From an uncultured Erysipelothrix sp. (lineage in GTDB: Bacteria > Bacillota_I > Bacilli_A > Erysipelotrichales > Erysipelotrichaceae), in contig CANRNG010000001.1 of the NCBI GenBank assembly GCA_947631935.1, positions 5,935-69,934 of the forward strand: a DNA stretch of 64,000 nucleotides, written 5' to 3'. The notes under the pieces are model-generated. The model did not search any database. It was not told where the DNA came from and worked only from the letters and a program-made list of their open reading frames with translations. Shown piece after piece: positions 19,165 through 29,740 of the stretch (positions within the stretch are counted from its first letter, which is position 1; each line of letters starts with the position of its first letter). The position numbers and the translations under genes were made by a program.

Positions 19165-21576
19165 ATGACACAATACTATGTTGTAGACTCAAAAAGATCT
19201 ACCGAACTACAAAAACAATTACTCCAAAACTCAAACCTAAAAATGAACATCCATGTGATGCCTTTTGATGCTTTATTCTACAAAGAAAAAATTGAACGCA
19301 ACGTTGATAGATTGTTAATGTATGAGTCAGTTTTGAAGATGAAATTGGATTTACTGAGTGACATCATTGCCTACCCAGCTCAGTTTGAAAGTTTTGAGAA
19401 ATTTGCGAAAGAACTCCACCAATATGGCATCCCTTTAAATGACTTACCCGAAGAAAATGACTATGATAAAGAAATTAAAAGAGTGTTAAAGAGAATGGCG
19501 TTGAAGCTTGAAACTGTTGAAGGCACACTTCACTATGTTTCAGAATCGATGAATCACAGTCAAACCCATTATTTGAAAAACACGGATGCGCATGTTTACG
19601 AAGTAGCACCGGTAACTTTAAACCAAATATCATTCAAATCAGCGCTAAACTTTCGTCAAGAACTTGAGGGTGCCATTCAATATATCATTGAGCACAGACT
19701 TGAAGACATAACATTGGTGGTCCCATCAGTAGAAAATGCTTGGCCCTTTTTAAAGTCCATGTTTGATCGCTACGACATCCCCTATACTTCAAATAACCGT
19801 AACACCATCGCCAAGTACCAATACCTTGCTTATCTTAATTACCTCATGGATCCTTCGACTGAAACGATTTTAGAGTTAATTCGCAGTAACATCTTAAAAC
19901 TCAAAAACCAAGATGCCTTGCTACAATATATAGAACACTACCAACTTTCCATTTTTGATTTATTCAATCCATTTAATTACGCTGAAAAAAACGATGATTT
20001 ATGGGAAGTTCAAGAACTCATTGCAGTCCAAGATTTAATACAAGAAGATGCGGCAATTTTACACCAATTCTTAAACAAACTTGAAGTCTCCACTTTAGTT
20101 GAGAATGTGGTTTACGGTTTAAGTCTATTAGACCCTAAAAGCAGCACATCCTTACGAAATTACATTCAAACTGTGATTCACTACCTCAATGTGGATAACT
20201 TAAAACTCGTCTACCACACATTATCATCCATGAACGTGGGCACACAAATTAATGGATCCATAACATTATGCGACTACCACAACCTACCCATTCAACCCGT
20301 TGAATCTATGATTGTGCTGGGATTAACTGCCAAAAACTTTCCTGCCATTTCACCCAACACAGGCATACTCGATGAATCGTATCGTTCACGCATTGAAGGA
20401 TACCCTTCCCTTGAAACACGCAACCAATTTGAACTGGATAAGAAAAACCTTATTTTCAATAAATCCAAGAACTTAATCCTCTCTTACTATCACATTACCT
20501 ATGAAGGAAAAGCACAAGAATGTGCTTTTGAAGTACGCAATAGGGTGGATAAATATAATCTAAAAGAAATCCCTTGGACCATCATAGAATCCAACCCCTT
20601 TATGGCGGAAAGGAAAAAATTAGATCCTCCTGTCGCAAAAGCACTCTATCTCAAAGACGGTATTTTAAATACATCCGTATCTGCTTTAGAGAAATATGTT
20701 GCGGACCCTTATCTATATTTTGTTGAGAATGGATTGGGACTGCGTAAACCCTTTGATTTTAAACTCGATTCAAGAATTGTAGGAACCATCTCTCATGATG
20801 TGATAGAACGTTTCATGAATACGGATGGTGAAGATTTATATCGCTTATGGGATGCTTATAAACCCTATTTCCCACTCAACGATGCCTATCTACCCTACCT
20901 TATTGATATGAATAAAGAGATACTTCAAGAACACCTCAATTACTTGGCTGCCAACTATGAAGCATCACCCTTTGCATTATACCAACAAGAAATGCGCTTT
21001 GATAAAATCGAGATCGTGGAAAAAATGACCTTGAAAGGATTTGTGGACCGGGTTGATATAAATGAAGACGCCTTTATCATTATTGACTATAAGAGTAGCA
21101 ATCACAGTATGGGAACTTCTCAAGTTTTAGAAGGCTCACAATTACAACTACCCATCTACGTGATTGCGCTTAGAAAATTATTGAATAAACCCATTTTTGG
21201 TTTTTATTATTATAGTTTTAATAAAAAAACAACCGAAGGTAAAGACTGGTCTCATGCCCGCACAAAGGGCATCAACATGTACACTGATGCGGTTAAGGAC
21301 GATTACCTAAAAGAATTTCAATTCTCTGGTTGGACTTTCTTAGATCCAGAAGTATTTGACATTCCCATCACTTTTTATAAAGGACTCTACGAAGACAAAA
21401 ATGGTTTCCGTAAAGTTTTTGGGAAAGCATACGATATGGACCTGCTTCAAGAAATGACCCAACGCATTTTATCTCATCTTAAAGATAAGATTACAGAAGG
21501 GATCTTGGAAGTAGATGAAATTGAACTCCCCTTAGTAAAGGACTTTAATTTCAAGGAGGTGAAGCAAGATGACTAA
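19165..21576 (+). CDS. addB: AddB/RexB-like PD-(D/E)XK nuclease subunit, shortened
   Basis: SVSALEKY, KGFVDRVD, IIDYKSS, QLPIY; overlaps addA. Start at ATG 19165, after AAGAGG. Confidence 0.8.
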   Translation: MTQYYVVDSKRSTELQKQLLQNSNLKMNIHVMPFDALFYKEKIERNVDRLLMYESVLKMKLDLLSDIIAYPAQFESFEKFAKELHQYGIPLNDLPEENDYDKEIKRVLKRMALKLETVEGTLHYVSESMNHSQTHYLKNTDAHVYEVAPVTLNQISFKSALNFRQELEGAIQYIIEHRLEDITLVVPSVENAWPFLKSMFDRYDIPYTSNNRNTIAKYQYLAYLNYLMDPSTETILELIRSNILKLKNQDALLQYIEHYQLSIFDLFNPFNYAEKNDDLWEVQELIAVQDLIQEDAAILHQFLNKLEVSTLVENVVYGLSLLDPKSSTSLRNYIQTVIHYLNVDNLKLVYHTLSSMNVGTQINGSITLCDYHNLPIQPVESMIVLGLTAKNFPAISPNTGILDESYRSRIEGYPSLETRNQFELDKKNLIFNKSKNLILSYYHITYEGKAQECAFEVRNRVDKYNLKEIPWTIIESNPFMAERKKLDPPVAKALYLKDGILNTSVSALEKYVADPYLYFVENGLGLRKPFDFKLDSRIVGTISHDVIERFMNTDGEDLYRLWDAYKPYFPLNDAYLPYLIDMNKEILQEHLNYLAANYEASPFALYQQEMRFDKIEIVEKMTLKGFVDRVDINEDAFIIIDYKSSNHSMGTSQVLEGSQLQLPIYVIALRKLLNKPIFGFYYYSFNKKTTEGKDWSHARTKGINMYTDAVKDDYLKEFQFSGWTFLDPEVFDIPITFYKGLYEDKNGFRKVFGKAYDMDLLQEMTQRILSHLKDKITEGILEVDEIELPLVKDFNFKEVKQDD

Positions 21577-24500
21577 ACTCAACCCTGAACAACAAGAAGC
21601 GGTTATGTCTTTGGGGCAAAACATTGTCGTTTCAGCTTCAGCTGGGGCAGGTAAAACAGCCGTCCTCATCGAACGTTTGATGAAACGTATTTTAGTAGAT
21701 CACGTCGGTATTACAGAAATTACAGCCCTTACCTTTACCGATGCTGCTGCCAATGAGATGAAGATTCGACTCTTAGGCGCTTTAAATAAAGCCTATCAAG
21801 AAGAAAAAGATCTTGATGTTTTAAGATTCATTAAACAACAAATCACCTTGGTAGAAACAGCCAATATATCCACCATCCACAGCTATTGTTTAACTTTAAT
21901 TAAAAATTACGGCTACATTTTGGGCCTTGATCCAGCCCGTACCCAAAATATATTGGATCCAGCTATTGCGGACAACTACAAGGAAGTTGCGATGGATAAA
22001 ACTTTAAACAGATGGTTTAAAGACCACAAGGATGCCATGGATATCTTACTTAAAGCATTGGTAAGAAACCCCATTAATTTAAATCCGCTGAAAACATCCA
22101 TCCAAGCGGTCGCACAATACTTGGCTTCCAAACCCAATCGAAAAGAAGCCATTACATCAACTTTATCTCTTTATCAAGCCAAGGATTTTGAGGATTTACC
22201 CCTAAACATTCAAAAAGAAATCTTCAAACCCTATTACCTCCATATCCAAATTATCATAGAAAGTATGGACGCTTATTTAGAGGTATCCAGAAGTTTACTG
22301 CCTGACACAAAGTATCATGAAGATTTGAGTCATTTGATGCATCACTTTGATCAGTTATTGGAAATTAAGAAAATGATTGAAAAAGAGGACTTTGGTTTTT
22401 ATGACCGCTTGGTTGAAACTTTGGATATTGTGATGCCTTCTGTTCGTAAGAGCCAAAAACTCGACGAAACAATGGTCTTAAGATATAAGGAAACTTCTGA
22501 GACACTCAGTGATGCGATCAATGGCTTACTGAAGTTATACGAATCTAAGGAAGTGATTTTCGAGACTCTACATCTTCAATACGATTACCTCCACCACTTA
22601 TTTAACATTGCGATGGATTACCTTTCCCAATATGACCTTGAAAAAGAGAAAGCCAATGGCTTTGATTTTGATGATTTTGAATACTATGCACTGCAAATCT
22701 TAAGGGTTAATGACCAACACATCGCAAAGCTCATTCGCACAAAAACCAAAGAAATCATGGTGGATGAGTATCAAGATACCAACGAAATTCAAGATGAAAT
22801 CATTCGTTTGGTTTCTACAGGAAACAATATCTTTAGAGTGGGGGATGTGAAACAATCCATCTATCGATTCAGAGGCGCAAAACCCACCCTTATGCAAAGA
22901 CTTTTAGGTAAGCCAAACATAAATACCATCCACTTTATGTATAACTATCGTTCCAAACAAAATATTGTTGGCTACAACAATACTTTATTTAAGGAAATCA
23001 TGCACTATACTCAAAATTCAGAATATACTGATAAGGATTGGGTTAAAGCCGGTAACTTTAAAGCTGAAGAAAATGATGTCCCTGTGGAACTCAATCTGGT
23101 TTATATTAAGGAAGATGAAGAAGATGACACACGCCTACGTGCTTTAGACAGAAACAAACTTCACGCAAAAGAGATTGCGAATCGTATCATTGAACTTCAT
23201 GTAAACGATAAGATCGACTTCAAAGATATAACTGTTTTATCGCGTACCCATGTCAATAAGATTTATCTTAAAGAAGCTTTTGAAGCTGCCAATATCCCAC
23301 ACTTCATTGATGATCGCAGTGGTTTCTTTAGATCCAATGTCATCAATAAAATGATGGCCTGGCTAAACTATATGGTCTATCCCCACGATATCTATTTGTT
23401 AGAGATCCTTTCATCCCCTTTTATCGGACTCACCTTGGATGACGTGGCCATGTTGAAGGTAAACCATAAGTCCATCTCAAAAGGATTACAGGTAGATTAT
23501 CCACATATCTATCAATTCATTAAAGATAAAAATAATGATTGGCGTAACCTTGATATCGTCAATGTTTTAACTGAAATGATGAATATCAATGATGTCTATC
23601 ATAAACATCTTTCCATTCAAGTAAAATCTAATTTGGATTTCTTATTGGATAAAGCCATTACTTTTCAAGCATCCAACAACCCAAGTATTCAAGGTTTCAT
23701 TCACTATGTAAGAAATCTAAAAGACGAGAATAATTCTGAGTCCACCCCTTTATCACTTGATGAAGATGTGGTCCGGGTTACCACCATCCACCAATCTAAG
23801 GGACTTCAATATCCTGTTACCATTCTTTGGCCTATGGGCAAAAGATTGGTCCAAGACTTTAAACAAGATGTTTTAACCGATGATACCTTTGGCGTTTTAC
23901 CCAACGATGTCTTTGGTCCGTATAACCAACGTCGTAAAAATTATTTAAGAAAAATGGCGGAATTTAAACAAGACCAAGAAGACTTGGAAGAATACATTCG
24001 TTTACTATACGTTGCCTTAACCCGTGCAGAGAATCGCTTGATTATGATTGACGTGGTGGATAAAATAGAATTTCCAGAATCACTTTCCTATCACTTACTT
24101 CAAAACTTTAAACGAAGCACCGATTTAATTTTACCAATAAAGGCCGCTAAACACCTTGTGCGTTCTTATAAACATATAAGCGAAGTTAAAGCATTGAAAT
24201 TGGATGCTTCCATCAAGGTAGACCATAACCAAATCTTTACCCCTCGTTTGGATTTACCGAAAATGGATATCGTATCTGAAGATGTTAGTTTTGAGTTTTC
24301 ATTTAACGAAAACTTCATCCATGGGATTGCGTATGGGAATATCTTACATCAAGCTGTAGAAACCTTGCCCCATCGTAAATGGACCAAACAAGATTTAGTT
24401 CAAATTCCTCAAAACTTCCACAGTACACTTATCGCGTATAACACCCATCACTTAACACAAACGATTTATACAATGCCTAATTTATACCATGAAGTCCCTT

Positions 24501-24748
24501 TCTTATATTTAGAAAATGAAGTCCCCAAACAGGGTATTATTGACTTTTATGCGGTCAGTGAGAATAGACTTATCTTGGTAGATTTTAAAAGTGATGCGGT
24601 AGATAAGGAAACTTTATTACAAAGATATCATGCTCAGGTCATAAACTATAAAAAAGCCCTGGAACTTGAGTATCCAGGACTTGAATGTGAATGTTATATC
24701 TATAGTTTTAATTTAAAAGACTATATTGAGGTACCACCTGTTTGGTGA
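21569..24748 (+). CDS. addA: ATP-dependent helicase/nuclease AddA
   Basis: ASAGAGKT, DEYQDTN, VGDVKQSIYRFRGA, TIHQSKGLQY, LLYVALTRA, C-terminal GIID...VDFKSD. Confidence 0.92.
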   Translation: MTKLNPEQQEAVMSLGQNIVVSASAGAGKTAVLIERLMKRILVDHVGITEITALTFTDAAANEMKIRLLGALNKAYQEEKDLDVLRFIKQQITLVETANISTIHSYCLTLIKNYGYILGLDPARTQNILDPAIADNYKEVAMDKTLNRWFKDHKDAMDILLKALVRNPINLNPLKTSIQAVAQYLASKPNRKEAITSTLSLYQAKDFEDLPLNIQKEIFKPYYLHIQIIIESMDAYLEVSRSLLPDTKYHEDLSHLMHHFDQLLEIKKMIEKEDFGFYDRLVETLDIVMPSVRKSQKLDETMVLRYKETSETLSDAINGLLKLYESKEVIFETLHLQYDYLHHLFNIAMDYLSQYDLEKEKANGFDFDDFEYYALQILRVNDQHIAKLIRTKTKEIMVDEYQDTNEIQDEIIRLVSTGNNIFRVGDVKQSIYRFRGAKPTLMQRLLGKPNINTIHFMYNYRSKQNIVGYNNTLFKEIMHYTQNSEYTDKDWVKAGNFKAEENDVPVELNLVYIKEDEEDDTRLRALDRNKLHAKEIANRIIELHVNDKIDFKDITVLSRTHVNKIYLKEAFEAANIPHFIDDRSGFFRSNVINKMMAWLNYMVYPHDIYLLEILSSPFIGLTLDDVAMLKVNHKSISKGLQVDYPHIYQFIKDKNNDWRNLDIVNVLTEMMNINDVYHKHLSIQVKSNLDFLLDKAITFQASNNPSIQGFIHYVRNLKDENNSESTPLSLDEDVVRVTTIHQSKGLQYPVTILWPMGKRLVQDFKQDVLTDDTFGVLPNDVFGPYNQRRKNYLRKMAEFKQDQEDLEEYIRLLYVALTRAENRLIMIDVVDKIEFPESLSYHLLQNFKRSTDLILPIKAAKHLVRSYKHISEVKALKLDASIKVDHNQIFTPRLDLPKMDIVSEDVSFEFSFNENFIHGIAYGNILHQAVETLPHRKWTKQDLVQIPQNFHSTLIAYNTHHLTQTIYTMPNLYHEVPFLYLENEVPKQGIIDFYAVSENRLILVDFKSDAVDKETLLQRYHAQVINYKKALELEYPGLECECYIYSFNLKDYIEVPPVW

Positions 24749-25155
24749 ACGGTTGTATCGTTTCGATAAAATTCAATGCACTTTATCATGTGTTGAATGT
24801 TGCCATCACCTGCATATTGACCGTTTGAAAAATCAGTGTTGAAGTCAAACCATTGAAGTGGATTGACTTCTTCTTTTAAAATGACATCGTGCTTCAAAGT
24901 ACCGTAATACACTTGAAGTTCTAAACCATCAATGGGATATTGTGTTTTCATTAAAAGATTTATCTCAATATCTTTTTGGGTGATCCCTGATTCTTCTTGA
25001 AGTTCTCGATATGCAGCCTGTAAGTGATTTTCATGGGGTTCTACCTTCCCACCAACAAAATTGTAAAGACCCTTGTAGGGGTCTTTTTGTCGATAACACA
25101 TCAATACTTTTGTGTTATCAGGATTGAGTACAATGATTAAATTAACAATTTTCAT
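24721..25155 (-). CDS. NUDIX hydrolase (MutT-like)
   Basis: Nudix box GGKVEPHENHLQAAYRELQEESGI. Confidence 0.88.
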   Translation of the reverse strand: MKIVNLIIVLNPDNTKVLMCYRQKDPYKGLYNFVGGKVEPHENHLQAAYRELQEESGITQKDIEINLLMKTQYPIDGLELQVYYGTLKHDVILKEEVNPLQWFDFNTDFSNGQYAGDGNIQHMIKCIEFYRNDTTVHQTGGTSI

Positions 25156-26111
25156 TAATCGCTAAATAAATCAAACAAGACACTTACAGGGGTGTGTAGT
25201 TGAATGGCTTCAATGGCTTTTGAAAGCATGTATCCAACTGAAATTACTTTAATTTTAGGTTCTTGTTTGGCCATTTCAGATAATGGAATGGTATTGGTTA
25301 CCAAAAGTTCTTTAATGGTCGAGTTTGCGATTCTTTCAATCGCAGGTCCTGAAAGGATACCGTGTGTACAAGCACAGTATACTTCTTTAGCACCACGCTC
25401 ATAAAGTAAATCAATTCCACCCATGAGTGATCCGGCTGTATCCACCATGTCATCAATCACAATGGCGATTTTTCCATCTACATCACCAATTAAGTTCATG
25501 GCTTCAGCCACATTGGGTTTTACACGGCGCTTATCAATAATCGCAATGGTTGAATTTGGAATGGTATCTGAAAGTCTTCGGGCACGAGTTGCACCCCCAT
25601 GGTCAGGGGAAACCACAACGATTTCATCCGTAAATTGTTTTTTGCGGTAGTATTGTCCAATCATGGCTACAGCTGTAAGGTCATCAATGGGGATATCAAA
25701 GAAACCTTGAATTTGCGAAGCATGTAGGTCAATGGTCACAACACGATCCGCACCCGCTGTTTGTAGTAAATCTGCCATTAACTTAGCAGTAATGGGTTGA
25801 CGGGCTCTGGCTTTTCTATCTTGACGGGCATATCCATAATAGGGCATGACGACCGTAACACTATCGGCTGAAGCGCGTTTGAATGCATCCAATGCAATCA
25901 ACACTTCCATATAGCTATCGCTGACAGGATTTGAAGTTGACTGAATGAGGTATACATTCTTACCCCGTACTGTTTCTTCAGGTTCTACAAGAATTTCACC
26001 ATCAGCGAAATGTCTCACAGAAATTTTTCCCATGTCGATATTTAAATGTGTACAGATTTCCTTGGCAAGATCAACGTTTGTTGACAGCGCAAAAACAATA
26101 GTATTTTCCAT
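25155..26111 (-). CDS. prs: Ribose-phosphate pyrophosphokinase
   Basis: PYYGYARQDRK, VSPDHGG, DDMVDTAGS. Confidence 0.97.
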   Translation of the reverse strand: MENTIVFALSTNVDLAKEICTHLNIDMGKISVRHFADGEILVEPEETVRGKNVYLIQSTSNPVSDSYMEVLIALDAFKRASADSVTVVMPYYGYARQDRKARARQPITAKLMADLLQTAGADRVVTIDLHASQIQGFFDIPIDDLTAVAMIGQYYRKKQFTDEIVVVSPDHGGATRARRLSDTIPNSTIAIIDKRRVKPNVAEAMNLIGDVDGKIAIVIDDMVDTAGSLMGGIDLLYERGAKEVYCACTHGILSGPAIERIANSTIKELLVTNTIPLSEMAKQEPKIKVISVGYMLSKAIEAIQLHTPVSVLFDLFSD

Positions 26112-26114
26112 ATT

Positions 26115-27482
26115 TTAAATCTTTCCCTTTTTCTTCAAGTACTCTTTGCCATAACCTTTTTTAGCAGATTGACGGGCTCTGGCAATCGCGAAATCACCAT
26201 CATCAACATCATCTGTAATGATAGAACCAGCCGCAACTACCGCATTTTCTCCAACCACTACAGGGGCAATCAGTCCACTTTGACTTCCTATAAACGTGTG
26301 ATCTTTAATGATGGTTTTACTTTTGTTTTTTCCATCATAGTTAATGGTCACAACACCACATCCTATATTAACATATTTACCCACTTCTGTATCACCCAAA
26401 TAAGTTAAATGCGCTGAATTGGTGTGATCATCCACGATCGTATGCTTCATTTCCACGAAATTACCCACCCGAACATGATTTTTAATCTCTGTGTGCATTC
26501 TTAGGTGTGCATAAGGCCCTACTGTAGAATGATTGCCAATGGATGAGTCTGTAATTCTAGAACTTAAAATTGTCACATTTTCACCAATTTTAGAATCATC
26601 AACCCATGAGTTTGCACCAATGGTGGTCCCTGATTTAATTTCAGTCTTTCCATAAATATGGGTGCCTGGTTCAATGATGACATCTGCTTCAATTTTAACG
26701 TCTGGTCCAATAAAAGTATTCATTGGATCAAGAATTGATACGCCATTGGCCATATGTTCGCGATTAATCTTATCGCGCATCCAAAGATTCGCATCCGCCA
26801 ACTCCAAGCGATCGTTGATACCCATAAACTGACGTGAGTTATCTACTTTCAAGGTTTGAATATCGTGATCATTTTCTCTGAGCACGGAAACAAGTTCAAT
26901 AATATTGATTTCATCTTGTGTGTCTTCATGAATTTCTTTTAGATACTTGAATAAAAGTTCATTATTGAAGCAATAAATTCCCAAATTAATTTCATTGGAC
27001 GTTGCTTCAAGTTCAGTTGCATTTCTTGCTTCTACCACTCTTTTAACTTTCCCTTGATTATCACGAATGACCCGTGAATAGCGACCGGGGTCTTTGAGTG
27101 TGGCGGAAACAATGGTTAAATCATGATCCCCATGCGCATCAAAAATGGCCTGTAGGGTTTCTTTTTGAATTAAAGCAGAATCCCCATATACCAATAAGGT
27201 AGATCCTTTTTTCCCTTCAAGTTGCGCCACTTTTGAGACTGCATGTGCGGTCCCGTTTTGTTCGTCTTGGGTTGCATATAAAACACGATCCCCAAGATAG
27301 GATTCAATGCTTTCTTTTTCATACCCTGTAACCACAAAGATTTGGTCTACATTGATTTCCTCTAAGTTTTTAACCACATGACCAATCATGGGTTTGTTTA
27401 AAATGGTATGCATGACTTTATTTTTCTTGGAACGCATGCGTGTTCCCTCTCCTGCTGCCAGAATGATTGCATATCTATTCAT
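26115..27482 (-). CDS. glmU: Bifunctional GlmU
   Basis: ILAAGEGTRMRS, hexapeptide repeats, NIGCGVVTINYDG. Confidence 0.96.
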   Translation of the reverse strand: MNRYAIILAAGEGTRMRSKKNKVMHTILNKPMIGHVVKNLEEINVDQIFVVTGYEKESIESYLGDRVLYATQDEQNGTAHAVSKVAQLEGKKGSTLLVYGDSALIQKETLQAIFDAHGDHDLTIVSATLKDPGRYSRVIRDNQGKVKRVVEARNATELEATSNEINLGIYCFNNELLFKYLKEIHEDTQDEINIIELVSVLRENDHDIQTLKVDNSRQFMGINDRLELADANLWMRDKINREHMANGVSILDPMNTFIGPDVKIEADVIIEPGTHIYGKTEIKSGTTIGANSWVDDSKIGENVTILSSRITDSSIGNHSTVGPYAHLRMHTEIKNHVRVGNFVEMKHTIVDDHTNSAHLTYLGDTEVGKYVNIGCGVVTINYDGKNKSKTIIKDHTFIGSQSGLIAPVVVGENAVVAAGSIITDDVDDGDFAIARARQSAKKGYGKEYLKKKGKI

Positions 27483-27506
27483 AATTGCATTTCCTCCTTT
27501 ATTATT

Positions 27507-28355
27507 TTACCATGTTTTCATTGGATTGATAACGCCATACTTCGCAAATGGGTAGTCAAAGACCACCGATTCAAATAAATTCATGACCAATTCCTTATCT
27601 TGGGATAATCCCACGATACAAGAACCACTGCCAGTCATACAAACACCATCCAATCCCATCGCATCAAATTGATCAATCACATTTTGAAGGGGTTCATAAT
27701 GTGATTGAACTGTTTTTTGAAAGCTATTATAGCGATTGGCCACAATTTTTTCATAATCACTTGTCTCTACTGCTTCTCGCATTCGATTTGATATATTTTC
27801 AAAACGCGTATCCGTATCCTCAAATGCCTTCAAAAATCTTTTGGTTGATATCCCAAAGTTGGGTTTAATCAATAAGTAATAAAGCGGCATGTCCATTTGA
27901 ATGGGGGTGATGATTTCTCCAATCCCTTCCACAAGTGCGGGTTCATTTAAGATACAATAGGGCGTATCTTCATCAATCTTTTTGCCCAAGTCCATGCGTT
28001 CTTGAATACTCAAATTTAAGGCATACATATCATTGATCATATTGATAATCGTGGCCGCATTGGCAGAACCCCCGCCCAATCCCGATTGCGCTGGGATGTT
28101 TTTTACAATGTGGACTTTAAAATTATCTTCAATCTGATAGCGATCTTTCATCAACATGATGGCTTTATAAACCGTATTTCTTTTATCATTGGGTAAAAAT
28201 GATTTGTTGGTTGACATTGTCATGGTTTCATTTTTATCGACATAGACCACATCAAATAAGTCAATAGGCACAATCACGTTCTTAAACTTTAAAACACCTT
28301 CATCCCAATATGCATATAAGGAAAGGGTGACTTTCGCATAAGATTTTTTACGCAT
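27507..28355 (-). CDS. ispE: 4-(cytidine 5'-diphospho)-2-C-methyl-D-erythritol kinase-like GHMP kinase
   Basis: YAKVTL, KNIPAQSGLGGGSANA, MTGSGS; usual position after rsmA. Start at MRKKS with SD GAGG. Confidence 0.8.
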   Translation of the reverse strand: MRKKSYAKVTLSLYAYWDEGVLKFKNVIVPIDLFDVVYVDKNETMTMSTNKSFLPNDKRNTVYKAIMLMKDRYQIEDNFKVHIVKNIPAQSGLGGGSANAATIINMINDMYALNLSIQERMDLGKKIDEDTPYCILNEPALVEGIGEIITPIQMDMPLYYLLIKPNFGISTKRFLKAFEDTDTRFENISNRMREAVETSDYEKIVANRYNSFQKTVQSHYEPLQNVIDQFDAMGLDGVCMTGSGSCIVGLSQDKELVMNLFESVVFDYPFAKYGVINPMKTW

Positions 28356-29163
28356 GGTAAAATACCTCATAAATTTTAAGGTAGTCTTCAAACACCAAGG
28401 ACTCAGCTCTTGCTTGTGGGTCAATACCAATCGATATTAGTTTTTCTTGTATGTTTTCTAAATCCATATTTTTTAAATTATTGGATAGGGTCTTTCTTCT
28501 AAACTGGAAACAACCCCTCACAAACTCAAAAAATACTTTTTCATTATAGGGCATACTTTGGTTTTTGGGTGTAAGTTGAATCACAATTGAGGCCACATTG
28601 GGTCTTGGATGAAAGGACTCTTTTGATACCTGCATGACTTTCTTAACCTCGAAATAGTACTGTATTTGAATGGACAGTGCATTATAGTCTTTCGTATTGG
28701 GTACAGCGCCAAGGCGATCCCCAATTTCCTTTTGAACCATCAACGTCATGCGATTGACGTTTAAGTCCATCAATTTGAACAATAAGGGCGTTGTAATATA
28801 GTACGGCAAGTTTGCACAAACGTCCAAGGAAACCCCTTTAAAACCGCTTAAATCCGCTTTTAAGAAGTCTTCTAGATTCACAACCACATTATCGCTGTCT
28901 TTTAAGCTCTCTTTTAGGATTTCCACCATATAGGGATCAATCTCATACGCAATCACTTGTTCATAGTTAAATGAGAGTTGTTGGGTCAAAGCACCCAACC
29001 CAGGGCCAATCTCCAAAACCAAGGGACCACTACCACTATGCGCCGCAATACTTCTGACTACTGAAGGATCAATGATAAAGTTTTGACCAAACTTTTTACG
29101 CGCTTGTCTTTCATATTTTTGTAAAAGTGCCATACTGACACGTTTATTCGCGATTATCTCCAT
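28348..29163 (-). CDS. rsmA: 16S rRNA m6(2)A1518/1519 dimethyltransferase
   Basis: KKFGQNFI, LEIGPGLG, ANLPYYIT. Start after GAGGAGG. Confidence 0.96.
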   Translation of the reverse strand: MEIIANKRVSMALLQKYERQARKKFGQNFIIDPSVVRSIAAHSGSGPLVLEIGPGLGALTQQLSFNYEQVIAYEIDPYMVEILKESLKDSDNVVVNLEDFLKADLSGFKGVSLDVCANLPYYITTPLLFKLMDLNVNRMTLMVQKEIGDRLGAVPNTKDYNALSIQIQYYFEVKKVMQVSKESFHPRPNVASIVIQLTPKNQSMPYNEKVFFEFVRGCFQFRRKTLSNNLKNMDLENIQEKLISIGIDPQARAESLVFEDYLKIYEVFYHA

Positions 29164-29695
29164 TAAAGGCCTCCTCAATTACATCCCTTAATTCATCTAC
29201 AGATTTACCCATCATATTTAAGTATTGAAAACAACGCTTTCCATTGGTAACGGGCATATTATAATAAGTAGACAAATAATTTCTTCTATTTTGGGAGTCT
29301 TTTTGTCCAGTCAGTCCCAAACTCACAAAATCATACCACGATAGGCTTTTGCCTTCAATATCATAGGTCGCACTTTGCATCAAACTTTCAACAATGTCTT
29401 CACAACGCGCATGTTCAATGCCCACTTTTTCCTTATGCTTGGATTGCTTGGTAGCCAATGAGGCATGTTTACAAGTACCCACCACTTCAATAATACGACG
29501 CCGAATTTTTTCTCCAGGTCCATCGGGATCCGTAAAAACAATGACCCCTCTGGTTTCATTGAAATGTTTAATCTGGTCCAAGGTTTCTTTGGATAAATGG
29601 GTGCCCGAGGTATAAATTACGTCCGCATCCACACAAGCCTTAATTTTTTGCAGATCATGTTTTCCTTCTACAACGATTACTTCTCTTATTTTCAT
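29144..29695 (-). CDS. rnmV: Ribonuclease M5
   Basis: EVIVVEGKHD, FTDPDGPGEKIR TOPRIM motif; upstream of rsmA. Confidence 0.93.
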   Translation of the reverse strand: MKIREVIVVEGKHDLQKIKACVDADVIYTSGTHLSKETLDQIKHFNETRGVIVFTDPDGPGEKIRRRIIEVVGTCKHASLATKQSKHKEKVGIEHARCEDIVESLMQSATYDIEGKSLSWYDFVSLGLTGQKDSQNRRNYLSTYYNMPVTNGKRCFQYLNMMGKSVDELRDVIEEAFNGDNRE

Positions 29696-29712
29696 GGTTA
29701 AATTATAACATG

Positions 29713-29736
29713 AAAAAAACGACAATATGTCGTTTT
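29713..29736 (-). terminator. Terminator after the 3D-like lipoprotein gene
   Basis: Minus strand AAAACGAC-ATATT-GTCGTTTTTTT. Confidence 0.75.
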
Positions 29737-29740
29737 ATCA

